IMG/VR virus record: IMGVR_UViG_3300021255_000027
Coordinates: 3,239-67,238 of that record
Source of the DNA: a virus
Reading direction: 5' to 3' (one strand)
DNA: 64,000 nt
A model generated the notes under the pieces. That model searched no databases, had not been told where the DNA came from, and was given only the letters and a program-made list of their open reading frames with translations. The position numbers were made by a program, and so were the translations under genes. The first letter of the stretch is position 1, and every line of letters begins with the position of its first letter. This document shows positions 48,913 through 57,379 of this stretch, piece by piece.

Positions 48913-49575
48913 TTATGCGTTTATCTTTTGAACGGGATATCCTATGGGGTTAGCCTTGGGAAGACCATTGCCCGTGATTCCTAACTGCTGATTACCGAGA
49001 GCAGTCAAGTCGGTGCTTGACGGCAATTCTCCCGAACCAGTTGCAGAAGGGGTGGTGACACCTTTCACTCCTCCACCCAGATATGCTTCATTAGCAGCCA
49101 CATTGATTCCTGCACTCACTGCCTGACTGGCGGCTTGTGCGGTCTGTGCTGCCTGCTGCTGGTTGTTCTGGATCTGTTGCTGATTGAGAGCCGAATCCTG
49201 CGCCTTGTACTGTGCTTCTACCCTGTCCTTATAGGCAGATGCCTGGGATGCAATCTCGGAAGTGGTATCGGCCAGAGCCTTGTTGGCCGCCTCTTTCTGC
49301 ATGGCAACGGCTTCGTTTGTGGCTCCGGACACAACCCCAGTCTTCCTTGCTCTGTTATACTGTTCGTTGAGCAATTCCCTCTGACGATTGATTGCTGCCT
49401 GCGCATCAGTACGCAGGGTATAGTCCTGGGCCATCTTGGTATCGTACCAACGCTTGTTCTCATCCCTCTGCCGCTGGATGAGCCGTCTGGCTCTGTTATT
49501 CGCTGCTGCGGATTGAATTCCGCCATATATTGCGCTAGCAAGGGACAAGCCTGCGCCAATAGCTGCTGTAACCAT
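48913..49575 (-). CDS. putative ejection/pilot protein
   Basis: MVTAAIGAGLSLASAIYGG N-terminus; Ala/Gln-rich. Confidence 0.65.
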   Translation of the reverse strand: MVTAAIGAGLSLASAIYGGIQSAAANNRARRLIQRQRDENKRWYDTKMAQDYTLRTDAQAAINRQRELLNEQYNRARKTGVVSGATNEAVAMQKEAANKALADTTSEIASQASAYKDRVEAQYKAQDSALNQQQIQNNQQQAAQTAQAASQAVSAGINVAANEAYLGGGVKGVTTPSATGSGELPSSTDLTALGNQQLGITGNGLPKANPIGYPVQKINA

Positions 49576-49628
49576 AATTATCGATAATTTGTTTGGCCAC
49601 TAATTAACGAAGTCTCGCAGCGTATGTC

Positions 49629-49644
49629 GGTCTATCTTTCCCCA
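49629..49644 (-). promoter_or_regulatory. late-operon motif copy 3
   Basis: Identical 16-mer; 54 nt from ATG at 49575. Confidence 0.75.
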
Positions 49645-49682
49645 AACACTATTCAAAACTACTAGTAGTGAGTATAAAGAAA

Positions 49683-49704
49683 GGGGTTATCTCACGACAA
49701 CCCC
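49683..49704 (-). terminator. intrinsic terminator with GUGA tetraloop
   Basis: GGGGTTGTC-GTGA-GATAACCCC followed by TTTCTTT on the - strand. Confidence 0.7.
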
Positions 49705-49887
49705 GATTCACATCATGTAAAACCTATCAACTAAAAACAACAAAAAGTATATGTATCTCTTTCAGAGAATCAACGAACTCTTATTAAGATTTAGGCGAAT
49801 CTCACGACTGACCTAAATCAACCACATAATCAATAAAACATTGCAATATAACCATTCTTTCTTATTTATGCAAGACTTGTACAAGTA

Positions 49888-50271
49888 TTATACTTCATTG
49901 ATTGCGATACCTTTGAAGGCCCGCATCATCTTCTTCTTCAGCAGATAGACGGGATGCTTCCTGGTTATCTCGCTCTTGACATCGACCACTTCTTCCAGGC
50001 CAGTCGCATTGTCATAATAAACAAAGTCAGCAACATAATGCACGGCTTTCTGGACACACTTGCTTACTATCTTGTCCTTGGTCTTCAGGTGGACTACCTG
50101 ATCCTCATAGATAGCAGGGATGAGTTCATAAGGGACTTGCAGTCGGAGGTCTCTGATCTCTCCATTCTTCTGGGCTTCCTTGAGGAACAGATAGAACTTG
50201 GCTTCCTTACGGGAGTCGAACTGTATTCCATCTACCGTTATCTTTTTGTTCCCAAACTTGGATCTTCTCAT
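49888..50271 (-). CDS. DUF1064-family PD-(D/E)XK endonuclease
   Basis: NKKITVDGIQFDSRKEA...YVADFVY...VVDVKS. Confidence 0.85.
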   Translation of the reverse strand: MRRSKFGNKKITVDGIQFDSRKEAKFYLFLKEAQKNGEIRDLRLQVPYELIPAIYEDQVVHLKTKDKIVSKCVQKAVHYVADFVYYDNATGLEEVVDVKSEITRKHPVYLLKKKMMRAFKGIAINEV

Positions 50272-50567
50272 CTCGTCTTCTCACCGGATATCTCGTCAAG
50301 TTCATCCTGCAGGGTCTTGGGTTTGTCCTTATCCTTGTATTCAACAGATGCCAATCTTGGATAAGCGAAGGGAAGGAGGTCGATGAAGATGCTGCACTTC
50401 CTTACGGGATCGTCTATCTCATCATAGGTCTTGATGAAGTCATCCCATCGCCCCTCGATGAATGAGCGGAACAGTTCCTTCTTCGCTGCGGTGTTTTTGT
50501 TAGGAGTGCCGGCCTTCCTTCCTCCTAGCCTGCCTCTTCCGTCTCCTTTCTGTCTTGCCATAATCAA
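50268..50567 (-). CDS. putative terminase small subunit-like protein
   Basis: GGRKAGTPNK motif. Confidence 0.55.
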   Translation of the reverse strand: MIMARQKGDGRGRLGGRKAGTPNKNTAAKKELFRSFIEGRWDDFIKTYDEIDDPVRKCSIFIDLLPFAYPRLASVEYKDKDKPKTLQDELDEISGEKTR

Positions 50568-51121
50568 TATATCTTTTTAGCCGGGCCGAATGGCTGCATC
50601 GGTCTCTTTGCGATTGACGGTGAACGGAGGATGCTGTTGATCTCTTCCTCCAGTTCATCTAGCTGTGAGCCGTATACTGCAGCTTGCGGCATCCCGAACT
50701 GCGAATACCAGTCATAGAGCGCACCCCATACGAGGAATCGGTGTATGTACTCCGCCAACGGCTCCATGAGATTGTCGTTGAACGACTCCGGCAGATTGAA
50801 ATAGTATCTGTACTTGTTGTCATCCAGGTTGAGGTCATCATCCGCATAGCCCTGAGTTCTATCCTTGAGGACTTTCTGGAGTCTGCGCCTCAGTTGTGCA
50901 TCACGGAATTCCACATAACGCACGATCACCGCTCCGTCCATGTCCTCGGACACATCTGAAGCGATGGCGTTCCGTGACTCCAGATTCTGGATGGCGTTAC
51001 CCTCGGTATGCTTGTAGGTAAGGAGATCCACATCCTTGTAGACCTCGTTCTTGTATATCTCTATCGCCCGGACTTTCTTCGGCTCCTCGGAGTCGGTATT
51101 TATTGCCAGTATAACGCTCAT
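50564..51121 (-). CDS. putative head-tail connector/adaptor protein
   Basis: YIHRFLVWGALYDWY helical ending; similar to two neighbours. Confidence 0.55.
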   Translation of the reverse strand: MSVILAINTDSEEPKKVRAIEIYKNEVYKDVDLLTYKHTEGNAIQNLESRNAIASDVSEDMDGAVIVRYVEFRDAQLRRRLQKVLKDRTQGYADDDLNLDDNKYRYYFNLPESFNDNLMEPLAEYIHRFLVWGALYDWYSQFGMPQAAVYGSQLDELEEEINSILRSPSIAKRPMQPFGPAKKIY

Positions 51122-51573
51122 AGTATCGGAGGGAGTTTGGAATATAAAATCATGTCTAACTCGTTTCCAGCATCTATAGCAGCCAGACTGTGCTTGTTCG
51201 ACAGTTCGGACTGGGAGACATCGGAGTAGAACTGCGAGAGGGCATAGTGGAGGACGAAGTCGTTCATCGCCTTGGCCAGCATCTCGGACTTGCCTACGGC
51301 CCTTCTTTCAGAAATGTTGAAGTCGAAGGTCATCTCCGGAGGGATTTCCCCTGCATTGTCGGAACTGATGTAGTATCCTCCCTTGAGGAATCTGTGGCAT
51401 CTGCGGAGCAGCCGTCCCACACCTTCACTTATTCCCCTGTAGATGAGGGGGAACTTCTCGCTTCCTGCCTCTCCCCTGTACCTGGCTTCGACATCTGGTA
51501 TCTCGGCAACCTCATGGTGTGATATGCCACGGATGTTGCTGACTATTTCCTCTGTGTAAAGTGTGACTACCAT
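51118..51573 (-). CDS. putative head-tail connector/adaptor protein
   Basis: MNDFVLHYALSQFY helical ending. Confidence 0.55.
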   Translation of the reverse strand: MVVTLYTEEIVSNIRGISHHEVAEIPDVEARYRGEAGSEKFPLIYRGISEGVGRLLRRCHRFLKGGYYISSDNAGEIPPEMTFDFNISERRAVGKSEMLAKAMNDFVLHYALSQFYSDVSQSELSNKHSLAAIDAGNELDMILYSKLPPIL

Positions 51574-52025
51574 AGCTCAATAGGGGATTTGCGTGACTTC
51601 AGGAGTGTGATGGCACGGTTCATTGCGGCCTGCGTCCTCTCGGTGTACTGCGGGACAACAGACGGTCTTCTGGTCTGGAAGACGCACGTACACACGAAGA
51701 GTGTGATGTACTTGCTTATCTCCTCAATGATGGCCGGCTCCATGGTCTCATCAAGGTCGGGGACGTAGAACTCCAGTTTCTCATTGGTCTGGAGGGAGGA
51801 CGATTCGGTCTGGTAGTAGTACTTGCAGATGTCGAATGCCCTGGTCACGAAGGAACTGACTGCGGTGTCGATGAACCTGTCCACCTCCTCGCTGTCCTTC
51901 TCGGTCAGTATGATACTGTCATACAGGGATGCCCCGTTATCGCTGTAAGCCTCATCAGCGACATTGGACACCTCCTCGTCTATCCTTGATCCAAGGTCGG
52001 CTTTGTCAATGGTATAATAAAACAT
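51567..52025 (-). CDS. putative head-tail connector/adaptor protein
   Basis: ISKYITLFVCTCVF...RKSP ending. Confidence 0.55.
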   Translation of the reverse strand: MFYYTIDKADLGSRIDEEVSNVADEAYSDNGASLYDSIILTEKDSEEVDRFIDTAVSSFVTRAFDICKYYYQTESSSLQTNEKLEFYVPDLDETMEPAIIEEISKYITLFVCTCVFQTRRPSVVPQYTERTQAAMNRAITLLKSRKSPIELW

Positions 52026-52080
52026 AAATCGCAGACACTATTCTGTGCCTGCGAATATATCGATGCGAGTTGATTATCAA

Positions 52081-52096
52081 GGTCTATCTTTCCCCA
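52081..52096 (-). promoter_or_regulatory. late-operon motif copy 4 (overlaps integrase stop)
   Basis: Identical 16-mer; 56 nt from ATG at 52025. Confidence 0.75.
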
Positions 52097-53184
52097 ATGT
52101 CGGGTATCAGGTCAACGGTCTTGCGCTTGTTCTCGTCCACTATCTTGGCGTATATCTGTGTTGTCTTTACGTTGGTATGTCCCAGGAGGGAGGAGACGGT
52201 GTAGATGTCAGCACCATAGGTCAGTAGGAGAGTGGCATAGGTATGCCTTGCACAGTGGAAGGATATGTGCTTATCGATCCCCGCCTTTTCTATCCAGTGG
52301 TTGAGGTACTCTCCGATGGTGCTTCTAGCCGGGAGCGTGAAGACCTTACCCTGCTTACGTTTCGAGTCCGGCAGTTGTGCGATTGCATTGGCAGAGAGTG
52401 GGATGTAGACAAGTTTCTTCGTCTTTATCTGCCTGGACTCCACCTGCAAGCCTTTGCCGTTGTCCTTTATCATCTCCCATGTAAGAGCCTCGATGTCGCT
52501 TATGCGGAGGCCGGTGAAACAAGAGAAGAGGAACGCCTTCTCGGTCATCCTGTTCCTGCAGTGGATGGTCATCAGCTTCTTTATCTCTTCGAGGGTGAGG
52601 TACTCCCTGCTTGTGTCCGGCTTCTTGGGTCTGTCGGTGGTGTCGATCCGTGAGAAAGGGTTCTCATTGATCCTACCTGCACGGTATGCCCTGTTTATCA
52701 CGGTGCGGAGGATGGAGAAATAGACGAACACCGTCCCCTGCGACAGTCCTTCTTTCCCCATGAAGCGGCAGAATCCGAGGATATAGTCCTTGTCCAGAGT
52801 CAGCAGGGTCACCTTCTTCCCATACTTCTTCATCCACTTCGCTATCTTGTCGAGGGCTTCGGGATAGAAAGGTTTCCCCGCCTGCGTGTATTCTTCCTTC
52901 TGCTCGTTTATGAAGTTTCCCAAGGTTATGTCCTCATGCCTTGCCGTCCTTATCCCAGACCTCCCTTCCTGAAGCAGGAGGATCTTCTTCGCTTTCATTC
53001 CCTCGGCCAGCTTCATAGTCTCCTGGTTCTTGATCTTATCCAGTCTGGTATGTTCGGGGACTAGATACATCTTTAGGAATTCCCTCGTTCTTATCCCGTT
53101 CATGGAATAGTCGAGATATAGGGATTGGCCTCCATCTTTCATTGCTCTCTGGCGGAGCGTTACCAGTTCCTTGCTATGGTTCAT
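52084..53184 (-). CDS. int: tyrosine integrase (Bacteroides type)
   Basis: SLYLDY arm domain; TGLRISD, FHCARHTYA, LGHTNVKTTQIYAK. Confidence 0.95.
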   Translation of the reverse strand: MNHSKELVTLRQRAMKDGGQSLYLDYSMNGIRTREFLKMYLVPEHTRLDKIKNQETMKLAEGMKAKKILLLQEGRSGIRTARHEDITLGNFINEQKEEYTQAGKPFYPEALDKIAKWMKKYGKKVTLLTLDKDYILGFCRFMGKEGLSQGTVFVYFSILRTVINRAYRAGRINENPFSRIDTTDRPKKPDTSREYLTLEEIKKLMTIHCRNRMTEKAFLFSCFTGLRISDIEALTWEMIKDNGKGLQVESRQIKTKKLVYIPLSANAIAQLPDSKRKQGKVFTLPARSTIGEYLNHWIEKAGIDKHISFHCARHTYATLLLTYGADIYTVSSLLGHTNVKTTQIYAKIVDENKRKTVDLIPDIGER

Positions 53185-53188
53185 TTGG

Positions 53189-53447
53189 GTGACAATAAAA
53201 TGACAAAAGTGACGGTAAAGTGACGGTTTGTCGGGACGATTTGGGATATGTCCGGGATATTACTGGGATATACGAAGGTTATACAACTCGTTTAATATGA
53301 ATTTCTTGCGTTGTAATCACTTGTTTTTCTGCATCTTATCCAAATCGGCCCTTATACGAGCGAATAGAATGTAATGCTTTCTTCTATCTATCTGAACTAT
53401 AATTGTTTGTCCCTAATAGATAGTGTTTCGAGTGACGATGGAGTGAC
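53189..53447. other. probable attP (arm-type and accessory-protein repeats)
   Basis: GTGAC/ATGAC repeats at 53189, 53200, 53209, 53220, 53432, 53443; GGGATAT at 53243, 53254, 53265; adjacent to int. Confidence 0.6.
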
Positions 53448-53756
53448 AAGGTTTTCGAGCATCGCCCAGAGCCTCTCCTTCTCCTGCTTGAGTTCCTCGA
53501 CCCTAGCCCGGAGCAGCTTGTTCTCTTCCCGAAGCCTTGTGGCCTCTTCTGTTCGGATGGGTTTCTCCTCGGATCTGACGAGGGAGGAAGTGTCCCATCC
53601 CCTGTCATTGTCCATCATCTTCTGGAGGTTTGCCTTGGACGGCCTGGTGAGTCCGTTGACCATCTTGGACACGGATGCCTCCGTTATTCCGAGGAATCGT
53701 GCGAGATCCACCTGCTTGATGTTGTTGTCGGCTATGAAGTCCTTGATGTTCGCCAT
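53397..53756 (-). CDS. XRE-family HTH regulator with coiled coil
   Basis: IKQVDLARFLGITEASVSKMVNG. Confidence 0.85.
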   Translation of the reverse strand: MANIKDFIADNNIKQVDLARFLGITEASVSKMVNGLTRPSKANLQKMMDNDRGWDTSSLVRSEEKPIRTEEATRLREENKLLRARVEELKQEKERLWAMLENLVTPSSLETLSIRDKQL

Positions 53757-53758
53757 GC

Positions 53759-54445
53759 TTATTTAATCTTTATCGGCCCGTTACTTACCCTCTTGACCAC
53801 ACAACCAAGCACCAGATCCATGTGCCTGATGTCATCCTTCGGTATGGCAAAAGGGGCATAAATCAATTCACCGTCAGGGTAGGTTTCTTTGTTGGTTGAA
53901 TAAGCCATGATGTAATCGCCCTTATCAACTATCTGCTTTGTGACACGGAACTCTGATGTCTCTATCACATAATGTTCTCCGTTAACCAGGAGCCTGGGGT
54001 CTTCCACCCTCTTGAGGGCAAGGATGCATCCAGACGGATACTCTATCATTGACTCTCCATAATGATGGATAGCTGAAGTGGCTGCAGGAAACCAATCCCC
54101 AGCATCTATGTACTCTGCCACCCTGGATGCATCATCCACGTTGGCAACGATATCATTATAACCCCCAATGGTTGAAGCATCATCGTAGATAGGTATCTTC
54201 TTATTCTTCTTATCGGTAAGAATCATTTCGCCTTCTCCTGTCATCATCCATTTATAGGATATCTTACCATTTGTGGCTTTCTCAACTCTCCGGCACAGAC
54301 CTTCTGTTAAGTACCGTTCATCCCCCTTCAATGCGCTAGATAGGTTATTTGCCCCCATATCTATCATTGAGGCAAAGTCCTTCTGCGTCTTCACGACTCC
54401 ATTTGACCGTAGCCACTCAAACACTTTCCTCAACCTCTCATTCAT
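53759..54445 (-). CDS. CI-like repressor (HTH plus S24 peptidase-like domain)
   Basis: TQKDFASMIDMG...; GESM and VTKQ S24 motifs. Confidence 0.85.
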   Translation of the reverse strand: MNERLRKVFEWLRSNGVVKTQKDFASMIDMGANNLSSALKGDERYLTEGLCRRVEKATNGKISYKWMMTGEGEMILTDKKNKKIPIYDDASTIGGYNDIVANVDDASRVAEYIDAGDWFPAATSAIHHYGESMIEYPSGCILALKRVEDPRLLVNGEHYVIETSEFRVTKQIVDKGDYIMAYSTNKETYPDGELIYAPFAIPKDDIRHMDLVLGCVVKRVSNGPIKIK

Positions 54446-54467
54446 AGTTCTCAAAAAAATCTTAAAA

Positions 54468-54513
54468 ATTCTTATAAAAGTTCTTGTTTATAAGAATAAA
54501 GTTCTTATCTTTG
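54468..54513 (+). promoter_or_regulatory. lytic promoter with operator palindromes
   Basis: TATCTTTG -7 element at 54506; ATTCTTATAAA-N8-TTTATAAGAAT and TAAGAA-N5-TTCTTA inverted repeats. Confidence 0.7.
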
Positions 54514-54568
54514 CAATGTAAACGATGACAGCCAGCAAAACAAACACCGTTTACAAGGATATCAAAGT

Positions 54569-54832
54569 ATGCAAACTAAAGAAAAAAATCCCACAGATGC
54601 AAGAAGTTTCCCGGAAATCTGGGCAACTTTTACCGAGGGCGAGAGGGGTGACCTCATCTACGACCTCATGAAAAGCAAGTGCTGTACTACACGCCAAGCA
54701 GTCTACAACTGGGCCAACGGATTAAGGACACCGGGCAGCAGACTCGTCCGTGACGAGGTTGCCAAGGTCGTTGGAAAGTTCATCGGCTCCCGTGTCCTCG
54801 GAGCGACATTGTTTCCCAACTCATTAAGATAG
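54569..54832 (+). CDS. Cro-like HTH protein
   Basis: TTRQAVYNWANG; divergent from repressor. Confidence 0.7.
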   Translation: MQTKEKNPTDARSFPEIWATFTEGERGDLIYDLMKSKCCTTRQAVYNWANGLRTPGSRLVRDEVAKVVGKFIGSRVLGATLFPNSLR

Positions 54833-54842
54833 TTGCGCAACC

Positions 54843-55082
54843 ATGGAAGCGGACATCAGAAAGCAACTGGACAGGATAGAGAGGCTCACCCTTCTGGCAG
54901 CGAAGAACGTGCTGACCGTTGAGGATCTCGCCCTTCTTATCGGACGTTCACCGAAGACCATCCGCAACCAGGTTGACCAGTATCCCCACTACAAGAACGG
55001 CAAGTCCGTTTACTTCCGCAAGGACGAGATCGAGTCCTACCTATGCCAAGTCAAACACACACCAATACTCACCACACGATGA
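54843..55082 (+). CDS. excisionase-like HTH protein
   Basis: VLTVEDLALLIGRSPKTIRN...YFRKDEIESYL. Confidence 0.8.
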   Translation: MEADIRKQLDRIERLTLLAAKNVLTVEDLALLIGRSPKTIRNQVDQYPHYKNGKSVYFRKDEIESYLCQVKHTPILTTR

Positions 55083-55264
55083 AAAAGTTAGTCAATACCA
55101 TCCTCTGCATCGTCTTCGCCATCGGAGCGTTTGCAATGTTCATCCCCCTCTTCGAGGGAACCGGCAAGTTCTGGCACGGAGCAATGTGCGTCATCTTCGC
55201 CTGCTCCTCCATCGCCTTCTCAAGCAAAAGAATCGAAGACAACCGCTACAAGAAGATTTCGTAA
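55079..55264 (+). CDS. small 2-TM membrane protein
   Basis: Coupled ATGA start; hydrophobic. Confidence 0.6.
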   Translation: MKKLVNTILCIVFAIGAFAMFIPLFEGTGKFWHGAMCVIFACSSIAFSSKRIEDNRYKKIS

Positions 55265-55401
55265 TGGAACAGACAGTCTACGATGCCTTCCTCGCAATGA
55301 AAGCCGCTTATGACAAGTTCGTCAAGGAGAGCGAGGAACTCAAAAAGAAAAACCATGAGAGAGTAATGAATCTCCCACCCACATTAGGAACAATCAAGTA
55401 A
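55264..55401 (+). CDS. small hypothetical protein (MEQTVYD...)
   Basis: TAATG coupling. Confidence 0.55.
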   Translation: MEQTVYDAFLAMKAAYDKFVKESEELKKKNHERVMNLPPTLGTIK

Positions 55402-55412
55402 CAACAACAGCA

Positions 55413-56021
55413 ATGAAAGAATTAATCGAAATCCAGTCCTCACTGGTAGCCCCCAAGGACAAGAAGAACACCTTCGGCAACTATTCCTACAGGTCAGCAG
55501 AGCAGATCCTCGAATGCGTCAAGCCTCTGCTCAAGAAGCACAACTGCACACTTACCATCTCCGATGACCTCATTCAACTTGGTGACAGGTTCTATGTCAA
55601 GGCCACAGCCACATTGAGGAACTCCTCTGGCGAAACCGAATCCGCAACCGCATTCGCAAGGGAGCAGGAAGACAAGAAGGGAATGGATCAAGCCCAAATA
55701 ACCGGCTCGGCCAGCAGCTATGCCCGTAAATATGCCCTCGGTGGACTTCTCGCCATAGATGATAACAAAGACCCCGACACGATGGACAATAGGGAAGAGG
55801 GGACAAATCCAAAGGCATCCACCAACCCTCTCAAGCCTGCATCGAAGACCACCGAAAGGCCACTTATCCAGGAAGGCAACGAGCTTTGGACAAAAGCCAT
55901 AGCCTACTGCAGGAAGAACAAGTGTTCCGCACTTGCCCTCCGCAAGTACTACGACATCTCCGATGCCGACATCAAGACAATGGACAACATCCTTTCTTTC
56001 TCCGACAATCTCAACAACTAA
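55413..56021 (+). CDS. erf: ERF-family single-strand annealing protein
   Basis: YSYRSAEQIL...QITGSASSYARKYAL...DPD. Confidence 0.9.
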   Translation: MKELIEIQSSLVAPKDKKNTFGNYSYRSAEQILECVKPLLKKHNCTLTISDDLIQLGDRFYVKATATLRNSSGETESATAFAREQEDKKGMDQAQITGSASSYARKYALGGLLAIDDNKDPDTMDNREEGTNPKASTNPLKPASKTTERPLIQEGNELWTKAIAYCRKNKCSALALRKYYDISDADIKTMDNILSFSDNLNN

Positions 56022-56025
56022 TATC

Positions 56026-56547
56026 ATGGAAACACTCTACCAACTCACCGAACAGATGTCAGCCCTTGAGTCCCTTCTTGAGGACAATGGGGGAGAACTG
56101 ACCCCGGACATCGAAGCCCTCTGGCAGGAGACGGGCGAATCCCTCACCAGGAAGGTGGACAACTACAATGCCCTCATCATCAAGCTGAAGAACTACTCAT
56201 CCAATCTGGATGCCGAGATCAAGAGACTGCAGGGTCTGAAGAAGACTGCCGACAACTCGTTGAAGAACGTCAAGGAACACATCAAGTCGGTGATGGAGCA
56301 GTTCGGCATCGACAAGCTCGAAGGGGCCTACTGCAAGATATCACTCGCCTCCAGCACTTCAACCGAGGTGGATGAGGAGACAGTCCTTGCTCCATACCTC
56401 TCACGCATTGCGAAGCTCAACCTTCCAGAGTGGATCACCGCAGACCTCAAGGTCTCCAAGACAGCCCTCAAGGATGCATTCAAGGACAAGGACGTGACCC
56501 CTGCAGGAGTCTCCTTCGTAAAGAACAAATCACTACGTATAAAGTAA
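56026..56547 (+). CDS. Siphovirus Gp157-like protein
   Basis: TLYQLTE...GELT...EIKRLQ...KSLRIK. Confidence 0.8.
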   Translation: METLYQLTEQMSALESLLEDNGGELTPDIEALWQETGESLTRKVDNYNALIIKLKNYSSNLDAEIKRLQGLKKTADNSLKNVKEHIKSVMEQFGIDKLEGAYCKISLASSTSTEVDEETVLAPYLSRIAKLNLPEWITADLKVSKTALKDAFKDKDVTPAGVSFVKNKSLRIK

Positions 56548-56566
56548 TATCAAATTTCAAAGTATC

Positions 56567-56929
56567 ATGGCAACAATCAACGGATCAATCAACCTCATGA
56601 AGTTCGTGGGAGCCAGGAAGGTCGTGGCTTCCGGAGAGAAGGGGATCTTCATTCCCATAGACCAGAACCCCACCATCATCCCCGGAGCGAAGGGAGCCTA
56701 TGCCAGTGTCCGTATCGTGGAGAAGGAATCCACCTTCAACGACAGGCACTACACTCACTTCATCTGTCTCTCCCTCAACAAGGAGAAGAAGGAACAACTC
56801 AAGAATGATGGCTACTCCGATGAGCAGCTTAATGCCCTCACTCCCATCCTCGGAAACCTTGAGACCTATCAGCCCAGGGATGAATACCAGACCGAGAACA
56901 TCCAGGAAGTGGATGACATTCCGTTCTAA
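56567..56929 (+). CDS. putative single-stranded DNA-binding protein
   Basis: Acidic DDIPF tail; recombination module context. Confidence 0.65.
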   Translation: MATINGSINLMKFVGARKVVASGEKGIFIPIDQNPTIIPGAKGAYASVRIVEKESTFNDRHYTHFICLSLNKEKKEQLKNDGYSDEQLNALTPILGNLETYQPRDEYQTENIQEVDDIPF

Positions 56930-56947
56930 TCCATAACTTCAAGTAAG

Positions 56948-57379
56948 ATGATCTACAACCTTAAAGACCAGCTCTCCCGCAAGCGTTTCTCCACAAGGGT
57001 AAAAGCCTTGTGGGATGCTGGTGCGGTTGTGGAACTGACCGACAAGAGAAGAAGGACTGGAAGCCAGAACGCATACCTCCATGTGGCTTTAGGAATCCTT
57101 GCGATGGAGACTGGTAACTCATTGGAATCCATCAAGCAGGAAGTGTTCAAGAGGAAGGTCAACCCCGATCTGTTCATCATAGAGAAGGATGACCCTATCC
57201 TCGGTCACATCCAGACTCTCCGTTCATCCAGGGATCTGGACAAGGAAGAGATGTCCAAAGCTATTGACCGCTACCTGAAGTTCTGCGCTGACAATGGTGT
57301 CTATATCCCTTCTCCGGAAGAGGAAGACATCCTTCGTGAAGCCGAATATGAGATTGCCAAATTTGAAAGGTTTCTGTAA
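56948..57379 (+). CDS. NinB-like protein
   Basis: RRTGSQNAYLH...RSSRDLDKEEMS...IPSP. Confidence 0.65.
   Translation: MIYNLKDQLSRKRFSTRVKALWDAGAVVELTDKRRRTGSQNAYLHVALGILAMETGNSLESIKQEVFKRKVNPDLFIIEKDDPILGHIQTLRSSRDLDKEEMSKAIDRYLKFCADNGVYIPSPEEEDILREAEYEIAKFERFL

Noticed and set aside
53189-53272. Short repeats as a CRISPR array
   Set aside because: Units are 5-7 bp at about 11 bp spacing with no spacers or cas genes; they fit attP binding sites
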